From Anaerolinea sp. (GTDB lineage Bacteria > Chloroflexota > Anaerolineae > Anaerolineales > Villigracilaceae), in NCBI GenBank assembly GCA_020047815.1, contig JAIFNG010000015.1, forward strand, positions 2,048 to 66,047: a stretch of DNA of 64,000 bases, written 5' to 3'. The translations under genes were made by a program, and so were the position numbers. Below are positions 1-10,511 of this stretch, in pieces (positions within the stretch are counted from its first letter, which is position 1; every line of letters begins with the position of its first letter). The notes under the pieces are model-generated. The model was not told where the DNA came from and did not search any database. It saw only the letters and a program-made list of their open reading frames with translations.

Positions 1-367
1 TTCCGTGAACGACATAGTGACCCTGCCCATCCATGAACCAAAATTGGATGGCAGCAAGGTGAGGGGAATCTTCGAAATCGGCGACCCAAACTTCGGAAAC
101 CTGTGGACAAATATTCCCCTATCCATGTTTACCGGCGCGGGCTTTGCCTACGGCGACCTCCTTAACCTGACAGTACGCCACGAGGGGCAGGTAGTTTTTG
201 CCGGGAAGGTCCTTTTCCATAGATCCTTCGGCTATGCAAAAAAAGGGGAAGTCATTATCTACAACAACGAGATCATGAAGGTGTCTGTGGCGATCAGCCA
301 GGGCAGTTTCTGTCAACGCTACAATCTTGATTTCGGTCCCGACTGGGAAGTCGAATTCGAGAAATAG
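1..367 (+). CDS. SAM hydroxide adenosyltransferase / SAM-dependent halogenase family (DUF62), C-terminal part; truncated by the window start
   Basis: Contains DPNFGNLWTNI and SFGY...YNN...VAISQGSF, typical of the family's C-terminal beta-barrel. Confidence 0.8.
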   Translation, partial: SVNDIVTLPIHEPKLDGSKVRGIFEIGDPNFGNLWTNIPLSMFTGAGFAYGDLLNLTVRHEGQVVFAGKVLFHRSFGYAKKGEVIIYNNEIMKVSVAISQGSFCQRYNLDFGPDWEVEFEK

Positions 368-376
368 GAGGATGCC

Positions 377-1201
377 ATACTCACAAAAGCAGACGGGAAG
401 GACCGCTCCCCGATCATGGAATATTGCCTTGCGGAACCCAACATAAACCTGTTCATTCTGGGAGATATCGGAAAATTTGGTTTCGACCATGAGTTTCAGG
501 AAGTCTGGATTCAAACCGCAGAGGAGCGAATAACAGGGGTAATTCTGCGTTATCACGATAATCTACTCGTCTACAGCAAAGACCTGGATATGGATTTTGG
601 AGAAGTGAAAACGCTTCTAGATACGCTCCACATTAGGATCATCAGCGGGAAGGGAGTGGTGATGGATCAACTCCACCTTTTAACGGCAGAGCAGTATACA
701 AAACGGGATATGATTTTTTGTGAATTGATAGACCCATCCAAACTGGCAGAGGATACTGGCGGAGTTACGATCGCTGAAGGATCTGACGCCATGGAAATTG
801 CCAAATTGTACGGGGAGATCAATGAGTTCGCCGGGTTATACGCCTCGGAGGTGGAAGTACGCCATAGCCAGATCGCCAACCGGATCAAATCCGGAGAAGG
901 TATCCACCTGTTCATCAAGCAGGACGGGAAAATGATCAGCCATGCCAATTCAGCAGCAGAGACCGATGTCAGCGGGATGATCGGGGGTATTTTGACTGTC
1001 TCTGAATATCGTAATCGGGGTTTGGCAGGAAAGGTCATTTCGGCAGTGTGCAAGAATCTAGCACATCGCGGCAAATCAGCCTGCCTGTTCCATGACAACC
1101 CAAAAGCAGATGGTTTATTTACACGGTTGGGGTTTAGGGCGACAAACAAATGGACAATTCTCGAGAAAAGAATGAACCAACCCGGAGGATCATCCTCTTA
1201 A
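377..1201 (+). CDS. GNAT family N-acetyltransferase
   Basis: C-terminal GNAT motif A (EYRNRGLAGKV) and N-terminal EPNINLFILGDI. First ATG is at 416, but GGAGG at 367-371 points to an in-frame ATA at 377. Confidence 0.8.
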   Translation: MLTKADGKDRSPIMEYCLAEPNINLFILGDIGKFGFDHEFQEVWIQTAEERITGVILRYHDNLLVYSKDLDMDFGEVKTLLDTLHIRIISGKGVVMDQLHLLTAEQYTKRDMIFCELIDPSKLAEDTGGVTIAEGSDAMEIAKLYGEINEFAGLYASEVEVRHSQIANRIKSGEGIHLFIKQDGKMISHANSAAETDVSGMIGGILTVSEYRNRGLAGKVISAVCKNLAHRGKSACLFHDNPKADGLFTRLGFRATNKWTILEKRMNQPGGSSS

Positions 1202-1342
1202 TTTCCATCCACCAGCGCAATTAATGCAAGGCACTTTATTTCGGGACGGGTTTGGAGTAAAACATTCCAGAAAGCTGACTGATCTCCAGTAACGCGATCA
1301 TTCCCCCCTGCCATATGGCACTCACAGAATTAACATTTCAAC

Positions 1343-1377
1343 AAAAAGGCAGCGCCCACGATGAGCGCTGCCTTTTT
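1343..1377. terminator. Bidirectional intrinsic terminator
   Basis: AAAAAGGCAGCGC / GCGCTGCCTTTTT inverted repeat between convergent genes. Confidence 0.85.
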
Positions 1378-1384
1378 ATCTGGT

Positions 1385-3244
1385 TTATTCCATCTGCCCC
1401 TGCAATAACTTCGCCAATGACTTCCTCGCCAACAGGTCTGCACTAACCATGCCCAGGACAGCGCCATTTTCCACAACGGGCATGGCAGAGATCCTATGTA
1501 ATTCAAGAAGATGCACCATCTCGAGAATACCAGCTTCCGGTGAACAAGTGATGACATCATGGGTCATGACTTCGGCGCTGGGTGTTGAATCTGGAACGCC
1601 TTGCGCGGTGGCGCGGGTGATGTCCCATTCAGTAAGGACACCTGTAATTCCAGCCTGTGCTGTGACAACCGCAACCATTGGACTACCTGCTTCGACCAAT
1701 TTTGCGGCGGCTTTCTGCAACGAACAAGCGGCTTCAATGGTCGGCAGTGATTCCATTAAGTCTGCGGCAGTGCGTCCGCTTTCCTTGGATGCGATGCGGC
1801 GAACGCTGATCCGTTCAGCGGCGTGACAGGGCAGGGAATCGGTATCGGCGAGGAGAACGTCCACCAGTTCACGCATATTGCGGCGGAGGGCATCCTCCCG
1901 ATGTTTATCCCCTGCAAGCCGCCGTTTTTCGGCGAGGGCGGCAAATTCAGCAGCATGGGATTTCAACCACCCATCGACAGCACCCCGGTTGCCCAAAATT
2001 TCCTGTGGGATGCGAAGTTCATCGGGGGTCTTGATCAATTTTTCCTGCGCAGCAAAAATCACGCCCCCAGAGTTGACAAGATAATCGGTGGCGATCAAGG
2101 TTCCACGTTGGCGGAAGACGACTTGTTCCATACGGGCACGCGCAGCTTTGCGGGCGGGATCAGGTGAATAGGTGTTTGCACCTTCCACAATGAGATTCCA
2201 CTTTCCCATCCGGTCAACGGTCATCGCAGGCTTTGAGGCGGCGTCAATATCAAGATAGTTGGCGATGGGTGCGGCAGGAATTAGACAGAACGCGCTTTCA
2301 CGCAGAAGGTCATTGGGCTCAGTGGAATATTTGAGGGTCCCAACCTTGCCTGCGCTCATCTGATCCAGGAAAAAGCGGCGTGTAACAACACCATCTTTCT
2401 GCCAGCGTTGGAAAAGCTCATCCAGCGGCAGCCCTTCAGGGTCGTAAAGGTAGCCCTCGGCATCAGAAACGCCAATAACCTTAGCCTCGGGCAAACGGTC
2501 GCGCAGAATACGGGCGGCGTGTGCCCCAACCGCGCCAAAGCCCTGGATCAAAACAGTCACATCCCCGGGTATGATCAACGAATCAAATTGCGGCAGAACG
2601 CGCAAGCGGGGCATTTCTTCAAGCAGGGCTTGCAGACAGATCACCGTACCGCCCGCCGCCGCGCCGAGTTGATCAATGCGATTTCCGCCCATGTCAGCGG
2701 GTTTGGAGAGGCCGTGATCAATTCCGTTTTCGATGGCGATGGTTTTCATGTCGGCATCATTGGTGCCAACATCCGGACCAGGCAAATAGATGTCACGATA
2801 GCGATAAAGCAGGTGTGCCCAACCACGGATGACCTCACAATGCTGTTCCGGCGAGAGCCCATGTTCGGTAACGATCCCTGATTTGCCGCCGCCATACGGG
2901 AGGTGTGCGGCAGCATTTTTAAGGGTCATGCCGCGTGCCAGGTTGTGAATGGCAGCGGGCGTAACCTCAGGCAACATGCGGATTCCGCCCATGGAGGGTT
3001 TGCCCATCGCAAGATTATCCACAACAAGGTAACCGCCGATCTCGAGTGGGGAGGCACTGTCCCACATGCAGACGACCCGATGCGGTCCAAGCGCATCCAC
3101 TTCGATGCCCAGGCGGGCAAGTTGATCCACATCGGTGGAGTCAAATTCAATAAAACAGAGATCGCCCTCGCGCTTAAGGCGTTTATCCCATGCGCTTTCG
3201 GGAAGACGCTCGCGGAGGTATGAGTTCATTCGGGAAGGGATCAT
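1385..3244 (-). CDS. Glu/Leu/Phe/Val dehydrogenase family protein with a C-terminal CBS pair
   Basis: Motifs GGIRM, MTLKNA, GGGKSG, GPDVGT, GFGAVG, EGAN and NSGGV; two CBS repeats at the C-terminus (GVLTEWDI, GMVSADLL). ATG 3244 has an AAGGA SD. Confidence 0.85.
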   Translation of the reverse strand: MIPSRMNSYLRERLPESAWDKRLKREGDLCFIEFDSTDVDQLARLGIEVDALGPHRVVCMWDSASPLEIGGYLVVDNLAMGKPSMGGIRMLPEVTPAAIHNLARGMTLKNAAAHLPYGGGKSGIVTEHGLSPEQHCEVIRGWAHLLYRYRDIYLPGPDVGTNDADMKTIAIENGIDHGLSKPADMGGNRIDQLGAAAGGTVICLQALLEEMPRLRVLPQFDSLIIPGDVTVLIQGFGAVGAHAARILRDRLPEAKVIGVSDAEGYLYDPEGLPLDELFQRWQKDGVVTRRFFLDQMSAGKVGTLKYSTEPNDLLRESAFCLIPAAPIANYLDIDAASKPAMTVDRMGKWNLIVEGANTYSPDPARKAARARMEQVVFRQRGTLIATDYLVNSGGVIFAAQEKLIKTPDELRIPQEILGNRGAVDGWLKSHAAEFAALAEKRRLAGDKHREDALRRNMRELVDVLLADTDSLPCHAAERISVRRIASKESGRTAADLMESLPTIEAACSLQKAAAKLVEAGSPMVAVVTAQAGITGVLTEWDITRATAQGVPDSTPSAEVMTHDVITCSPEAGILEMVHLLELHRISAMPVVENGAVLGMVSADLLARKSLAKLLQGQME

Positions 3245-3333
3245 TCGTTTTCCTTGGGAGACAGTCTGGTAATGGGCAGGCAACAAGGCGTAAATGGCTT
3301 CCTGTGTACCTGTTAAAACCCATGTCTCAGTGT

Positions 3334-4596
3334 CTATTTGTGTAAATTCTTCGCAGCTATAAAACTCAAGCCTTTTTCGGTCAATTCCCAGGCAGTGCGG
3401 TTGCAGGCGTCCACTTTATCAAGGTAATTGATCCGCAGGTTATCCCAGTCGCCGCTGGCGATAATGTCCTGTTTATCACGGAAGTATTCGAGAATATCCG
3501 AGGGATGTGCGCGCTGACTGTCAACTTCCGGATCGCCGCCTTCATGTTTGGCGGCAATATTCGCAACGTGACCGGCGATCTCCAATAATTCAGCTCGGCG
3601 GTTATACGGCTGAACAACAATGTTCTTATAGGTTTCGGTGATGTGATGCTCGAAGCGCACCACCTGCTCAAAACCCAGCGCCTTGCGAAATTCAGCAGTC
3701 AGTTCCATGGTTTGGTTGTTTACCGAGTTCGCCCAGTTAAAGCCGATCAAAGGACTGGAACCATCGTCGCGGCTGAACAGTTTCGCCATCGTCATGATCC
3801 ACAGCGCATGGTAGGGATTGTCTGAGCCAAAAAAGACCGAGATCTTGAATTGAATATTCACGCCAATACGGTGAAGCAGAAAGCCGAGCAGGATCGTGCC
3901 TGCATTGAAATTCAACACGTGCTGCACACCGTAATTGGTGTAGTAATAAAGGAACTCATCCAGCCATTGCAAAGCATGTTCGTTCGGCTGACCAATTCCG
4001 CCAAAATAACCAGTGATGGTAGCGGGACCGCCAAGATGCGGATTTGAACCGTCGGTGCCTTTGGTATCCAATGTCTCGACGAAAGATGCGCCAATAATAT
4101 CCAGCGCAGCGACAATGGCAGGCAGATCGCCATCCGCTTCGGATTCCTTCATCCTGCGGACTGCGATGAAGCGCCCTGGAACAAGGGTCTTGTTCACGAT
4201 GGCTTGCTCCGCCATGGCACGCACCCACGGGAAATATTGCAGGGCGGAGACTTCAAGCGTGACTGCATATTTATCCTTGAATTTCATTTTATCTGCTGCA
4301 TCACCAAGTACCTTCCGGCGATAATCCTTGACCGGGATGAACGCGCCACGGTCTCGCTGTTCGATCAGCCAATTCAAGTCTTTCAGTGCATCAGGATTAC
4401 GTTCCTGCACGATCTTGAAAAGGTTCTCCATTTTTCGGGCAGCGCGATGCTTGCGATTGATCTCCTGCGGCGTGCCGTATTTGGACACCACTGCGAAGAA
4501 ATCCTTCATAACCTGCGAATTGGGGTCGAGCAAAACAGAATTGAATGCCTTGAGTTTGTCGGGTGAAATCTTGAGCAATTTTTGAGTCTCGTTCAT
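3334..4596 (-). CDS. Uncharacterised 420-aa soluble protein (possible TIM-barrel enzyme)
   Basis: Long ORF with AAGGAG SD, 9 nt downstream of the panB stop. I recognise no family with confidence. Confidence 0.8.
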   Translation of the reverse strand: MNETQKLLKISPDKLKAFNSVLLDPNSQVMKDFFAVVSKYGTPQEINRKHRAARKMENLFKIVQERNPDALKDLNWLIEQRDRGAFIPVKDYRRKVLGDAADKMKFKDKYAVTLEVSALQYFPWVRAMAEQAIVNKTLVPGRFIAVRRMKESEADGDLPAIVAALDIIGASFVETLDTKGTDGSNPHLGGPATITGYFGGIGQPNEHALQWLDEFLYYYTNYGVQHVLNFNAGTILLGFLLHRIGVNIQFKISVFFGSDNPYHALWIMTMAKLFSRDDGSSPLIGFNWANSVNNQTMELTAEFRKALGFEQVVRFEHHITETYKNIVVQPYNRRAELLEIAGHVANIAAKHEGGDPEVDSQRAHPSDILEYFRDKQDIIASGDWDNLRINYLDKVDACNRTAWELTEKGLSFIAAKNLHK

Positions 4597-4605
4597 TTTT
4601 ACTCC

Positions 4606-5463
4606 TTACTCCAATGTCTTCAAAAGTTCAGCATACTCTTCATCGGCCATACCAAACCAATTTTCCTGGGCAGGGAAGGTCTTTTCAGTCACTTCTTTTA
4701 CGTAGCCGTTCAATCCCTCGCGAATCACTGCGCCGGCATCGGCGAACACTTTTGCCATGCGGGGTTTGAATTTGGGATAGAGCGCCAGGGCATCATGGTA
4801 GATCAACAGTTGTCCATGCGCATCAGGACCAGACCCGAGCGACATAATGATGCAATTCCTGGCTCGTTCAGTAATTAGTTTACACAAACGGTCCGGGACA
4901 AGTTCAAGCAGTATGCAGAATGCCCCAGCATCTTCCAACGCCCGGGCATCATCCACGATCTTCTTTGCCATACCAGCTGATTTGCCTTGTAATTTGAAAC
5001 CACCCAATGAACTGACGCTTTGCGGCGTGAGTCCCAAATGTCCAATGGCTGGAATGCCTGCATCCACGATGCCTTTGATACGGTCAGCCATTGCTGCGCC
5101 GCCTTCAAGCTTAATGCAATCGCAGCCTGCCTCTGCCATAAAACGCCCGGCATTTCGGATGGCACCTTCCACGGAGGGCTGATAGGTCATGTACGGCATG
5201 TCCCCTACAAGCCAAACATTGGGCGCTCCGCGACGGACTGCCGCCGCGTGCCGGATCATGTCTTCCATCGTGACAGGCAGGGTCGAGTCGTAGCCAAGCA
5301 TGGTCATACCGAGGCTGTCTCCAACAAGGATCATATCGACGCCGGCCTGGTCTTGCATATAGGCGGTGGGATAGTCGTAACAGGTCAACCAGGTGATGGG
5401 TTTACCGTCTTCGACTTTTTTGTACAGACCAGGTAAAGTCATTTTCTTTCTTGGTTCAGTCAT
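4606..5463 (-). CDS. panB: 3-methyl-2-oxobutanoate hydroxymethyltransferase
   Basis: Motifs TCYDYP, LVGDSLGM, GDMPY, IKLEGG and GHLGLTPQS; GGAGG SD before ATG 5463. Confidence 0.92.
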   Translation of the reverse strand: MTEPRKKMTLPGLYKKVEDGKPITWLTCYDYPTAYMQDQAGVDMILVGDSLGMTMLGYDSTLPVTMEDMIRHAAAVRRGAPNVWLVGDMPYMTYQPSVEGAIRNAGRFMAEAGCDCIKLEGGAAMADRIKGIVDAGIPAIGHLGLTPQSVSSLGGFKLQGKSAGMAKKIVDDARALEDAGAFCILLELVPDRLCKLITERARNCIIMSLGSGPDAHGQLLIYHDALALYPKFKPRMAKVFADAGAVIREGLNGYVKEVTEKTFPAQENWFGMADEEYAELLKTLE

Positions 5464-5487
5464 GGTACTCCTCCAATGGTTGAGATC

Positions 5488-5515
5488 AAAAAAGGTCACG
5501 CCCAGTGCGTGACCT
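5488..5515 (-). terminator. Hairpin plus U-tract between tpl and panB
   Basis: Minus strand reads AGGTCACGC-actgg-GCGTGACCT-TTTTT. Confidence 0.6.
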
Positions 5516-5524
5516 ATCATTTAT

Positions 5525-6958
<1,434 letters not shown>

Positions 6959-6988
6959 TTATGCCCATGCGAGTCGTTCTATTTTTCA

Positions 6989-7022
6989 AAACAGTCTCTC
7001 AACTTCAACTAAGAGGCTGTTT
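6989..7022 (-). terminator. Terminator-like hairpin between lrp and tpl
   Basis: AAACAGTCTCT / AGAGGCTGTTT, an 11-bp stem with one mismatch. Confidence 0.4.
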
Positions 7023-7052
7023 CACGCAATACACCCGCAGGCGGGATATTCT

Positions 7053-7535
7053 TTAATCCAATGGCAACGCCATTGTAGATTTTATTTCGGCAAGAGCCAG
7101 ACTGGTGTGGATGCGCGCCACGCCTGGGATGGGAGTGATCTTATCCACAACAAACTTCTCCAGGTCCTTGCGGTTGCGCAGCGCCACTTTCAGCAAATAA
7201 TCATATTCACCGGTGATGTGGTGACACTCCAGCACTTCAGGCATCTTACGGGTGGCTTCACGGAACTTTTCCACCTGCATCACCTGATGCATTTGAAGGC
7301 TGATGTGAATAAAACAAAGCAGGTCGTACCCCGCTTTTTCGCGGTCAACAACCGCTGTGTAATGACGGATGTAGCCGTCCCTTTCCAGCCGTTTCAGGCG
7401 GGTATGCGTGGCCGGCGGCGAGAGACTAATCTTGCGAGCCAACTCCACGTTGCTCAGGCGGCCATCCACTTGCAAAGCACGCAGCACGCATTTGTCCAGA
7501 TCGTCCAGCACAATGTTCTCTAAATTTTTTATCAT
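7053..7535 (-). CDS. Lrp/AsnC family transcriptional regulator
   Basis: HTH (LQVDGRLSNVELARKISLSPP...RLKRLE) and RAM domain (ECHHITGEYDYLL). Confidence 0.95.
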   Translation of the reverse strand: MIKNLENIVLDDLDKCVLRALQVDGRLSNVELARKISLSPPATHTRLKRLERDGYIRHYTAVVDREKAGYDLLCFIHISLQMHQVMQVEKFREATRKMPEVLECHHITGEYDYLLKVALRNRKDLEKFVVDKITPIPGVARIHTSLALAEIKSTMALPLD

Positions 7536-7857
7536 AAAACACTCTCCAATTCAAGAATAATTTTGAATTTTCACGAAAACTCCGAACTAAATTACATAAC
7601 AGGAGTAATTATATTACTAATATTTCAGAGTATGGCTGTAGTTTTAGTGTGTTTGGAAGGAATAGAAGATTTCTCCTTAAATTTGTTAACAAGATTGGGT
7701 GGACTCGAGGCTTGGAGAGTAATCCAGGCATACACCAGGTTCATGGGAAAACGCCCCGAAAACCATTGGGAGGTCCGTAATCCAGGTATGCGATGCTTTG
7801 TTATCACAACGATTCAGTCCTCCCCCAAAAATAATTCTCCCGGAACACCATCCCCGA

Positions 7858-9660
7858 TTATCCAAACGGCATGATGAACGGAAGAATAACCAGCAGAATA
7901 ACAACCAGAAGGATGGTCAATGGAACCCCCACGCGAGCATAATCACGGAAAGTATATCCGCCCGCACCCATGACCAGAACATTAACGGCATGCCCCAGGG
8001 GGGACATAAACGCCATTGAGGATGCCAACGCCACAGCCATTGCCACACTTCTTGGCTCCATCCCTACCTGCTGGGCAGCGATGATCGCGATCGGCGCAAC
8101 GACGGTAACCGCAGCTGCACCGTTGATCACCTGGGTCAGTGCAACCGTCAGAAAAACAAATCCCGCTAACAACACCAGGTGCCCTGTACCGCCAAAGGAT
8201 GAAAGAATGCCATTCGCAAACATGGCTGACGCGCCGGTTTTATTCAATGCCACGCCAACAGGCAGCATTCCCGCCACAAGAAATAAACTGCGCCAATCAA
8301 CGGCGCGATACGCCTGATCCATGCTCAACGTGCGGATCAAAACCATCGCGACGGCGCCGCCCAACATGATCTCAGCGATCAGGTCGGGAAATACCACCGC
8401 CAGGATCAACGTGAGAATCATGATCAACGTTGTAAACCAACCCCGCGAAGTTATCCGCGTAGATGGTGCAGATTCTGCGAGAAGGATCAAGCCAGGCTCC
8501 GTTCTCAACAAAGTCAAACTTTTCTCAGTACCCTGAAGCAACAAGCCGTCACCGAACTCGAGAGGTAAATCTGCAAGCCGGGTCCGTATGGACCGCCCGC
8601 GCCGCCAGACTGCCAAAACCCTTGCGCTGAATTTTTGCTCAAAACGGATATCCCTCAACGTCTGGTGTGCAAGATGCGAGCGGGGAGCAATGGCGGCTTC
8701 GATCAACTTCATGTTTGGCGTGGAAAGGTAATCCTGCTCCCATTTTCCGGAAGGGAGGATTTCCAAAATATCCATCATCGATGCCGGAAGGCTGTCTTCG
8801 GGGCGCGCCATGATCAACAGGATATCCTTGCTGCGCAAAACAAACCTGGCTTCAATGGGCAATAATACTCTTCCGCGCTGTATGGCGATCACATTGAAAT
8901 GATATTTTTCCCGCAAACCGCTTTTTTCAAGGGTGACACCATCCAACGGTCCCCCTTTACGAACCTCTGCCCTAACCAGTCTTTCGGCGAGTTGATATGT
9001 ACTGAGTAAATCGTCCGGTTCTCCGCTCTCTTCGTGACGTTCAGCGGGTGATCGTTCGGGCAATAATTTACGCCCCACAAAAACCATAAACAGGATGCCA
9101 GCCAATGCCAATGGCAGGCCGATCGGCGCAAAATCTATCAGCGTGAATCCTTGAAGATCCGCGTCACGCAGCAAACCGCTGACAATAACGTTGGTGGTTG
9201 TCAACAAGGTGGCCATACCGCCGAGAATGGTCCCAAATGCCAATGGAATAAGTAATTTGGAAGGAGACACTTTGGAATGACGCGCCACACCTGAGAGCGA
9301 AGGAAACAACAACGACGCAGCGGCAATGTTGTTCATAAATAATGAAAGCACCGCCGAGGCGGTCATCACGCCGAAGATCAAGCGCCGCTCCCCTTTCCCG
9401 AATAATCTGATAATAAACGAGCCGATGCGCTCGGTTAACCCTGAACGGTGCAAACCCTCCGCAAGAATAAACGCGGAAAACATAATGACCACCGCAGAAC
9501 GGCTAAACCCAGAAAATGCCTCCTGTGAGGTCAGAATGCCGCTCAATCCCAATGCCAGCATTAACATTAAGGCGACAATATCTGCGCGCAGAACATTCCC
9601 CAAAAGAAGGAGAGACGCAACAAAGAGTAATGATAAGGTGGTTATGATTTGCGGGGACAT
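7858..9660 (-). CDS. SLC13/DASS-type anion transporter with two TrkA-C domains
   Basis: Hydrophobic N- and C-terminal blocks (FMNN, AFMSPLGH, GGYTFRDY) flanking two TrkA-C repeats. Confidence 0.88.
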   Translation of the reverse strand: MSPQIITTLSLLFVASLLLLGNVLRADIVALMLMLALGLSGILTSQEAFSGFSRSAVVIMFSAFILAEGLHRSGLTERIGSFIIRLFGKGERRLIFGVMTASAVLSLFMNNIAAASLLFPSLSGVARHSKVSPSKLLIPLAFGTILGGMATLLTTTNVIVSGLLRDADLQGFTLIDFAPIGLPLALAGILFMVFVGRKLLPERSPAERHEESGEPDDLLSTYQLAERLVRAEVRKGGPLDGVTLEKSGLREKYHFNVIAIQRGRVLLPIEARFVLRSKDILLIMARPEDSLPASMMDILEILPSGKWEQDYLSTPNMKLIEAAIAPRSHLAHQTLRDIRFEQKFSARVLAVWRRGRSIRTRLADLPLEFGDGLLLQGTEKSLTLLRTEPGLILLAESAPSTRITSRGWFTTLIMILTLILAVVFPDLIAEIMLGGAVAMVLIRTLSMDQAYRAVDWRSLFLVAGMLPVGVALNKTGASAMFANGILSSFGGTGHLVLLAGFVFLTVALTQVINGAAAVTVVAPIAIIAAQQVGMEPRSVAMAVALASSMAFMSPLGHAVNVLVMGAGGYTFRDYARVGVPLTILLVVILLVILPFIMPFG

Positions 9661-9944
9661 AAAGTTACCAGACCGTTTCTTCCTGGAACAGATTCATGAT
9701 GAGCTGCAGGATCAGTATGGACTAATTGTACTTGCTTCGCTGTTGAATTTTCCGGGCGGCAATCATTTTCCCTTTTTCTCAGGCAGTCAGTTGAAATGAC
9801 TTTTTCGACACACAAGTTCCACACAACTCCATCACCAGTGTGTAATACCCTAATGAGAAAATATAATGAGGAAATTATTTTTATACCGGCGTCTTTTCTC
9901 CCTTATGCCTGCATTTACAGGAATAATATTTTCAGGACATGTGT

Positions 9945-10076
9945 ATGAATAAAAAAATCGTTTTTAATGGAATTGAAATGGTAACCAATGAAAGTGATTG
10001 CTCAGCACAAAACATGCTTGGTCTTGTCGAATCGATTGTTGACAAGCTTGAAGCCAATCTTGATCAGTCAGATTAA
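9945..10076 (+). CDS. Possible 43-aa small protein
   Basis: Read by hand: MNKKIVFNGIEMVTNESDCSAQNMLGLVESIVDKLEANLDQSD, with AGGA upstream. Below the ORF-track length cutoff; no homology evidence. Confidence 0.25.
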   Translation: MNKKIVFNGIEMVTNESDCSAQNMLGLVESIVDKLEANLDQSD

Positions 10077-10418
10077 AATTTCACGCTTTCCGTAAGTTTC
10101 AATTTCACCCCAGGTGACACAACAAAATATTGTTTTTCAATGACAAATTTACTAAATAACGATATCAAGCAAAAGGTTATTAATATACTGGAGAAAGTTA
10201 CAAACACGCGGCACGATCATATGGCAGGTACTATGAAAATTGATCTCCAGGTGCTTGAGCCATATCCGTTATGAAAATAACCATACCCTCCGGATAGACT
10301 TATTTTGCATAAAACTGCACAGGCATGAAGGTCGCGAATAAAGGGAATCGGGGTACGCAGTCTTTCATCGATCAGAATCTACCGTCTAGCTCCATGGAGG
10401 CGGGCGTTTTTAAATCCA

Positions 10419-10470
10419 CACAATCTCTCCACAATTTTATGACAGTGCCTTTACACCCGTTTTTTATACT
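10419..10470 (+). promoter_or_regulatory. 11-bp-periodic direct repeats (OmpR-family-like boxes) and -10 element upstream of the exporter operon
   Basis: CACAAT at 10419 and 10430, GACAGT at 10441, TACACC at 10452; TATACT at 10465. Confidence 0.5.
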
Positions 10471-10511
10471 GTATCCATTCAAATAAGAACTGCACGAAGG
10501 ACAATCGTATT

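Noticed and set aside
5-1201. TAG read-through fusing the DUF62 and GNAT ORFs (same frame)
   Set aside because: The TAG overlaps an ordinary Shine-Dalgarno (TAGGAGG), and both proteins look complete at the junction.
5464-5520. ORF-track N-terminal extensions (panB 5520, also 3286, 12642, 13972, 19445, 25235, 35945, 37198, 52925, 55447, 62408)
   Set aside because: Downstream starts fit SD position, gene overlaps and family N-termini better.
7716-7791. GTAATCCAGG occurring twice (CRISPR-like?)
   Set aside because: Only two short copies, no array and no cas genes.
9780-9838. Fluoride riboswitch (minus strand GGTGATGGAGTT)
   Set aside because: No complementary CACC/CGCC stem and no downstream TGATGAC motif.
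10325-10410. Cobalamin riboswitch (AATAAAGGGAATCGGGGT)
   Set aside because: Lacks the following GGTG-AA-TCC and GCCCCCGC-ACTGT elements.
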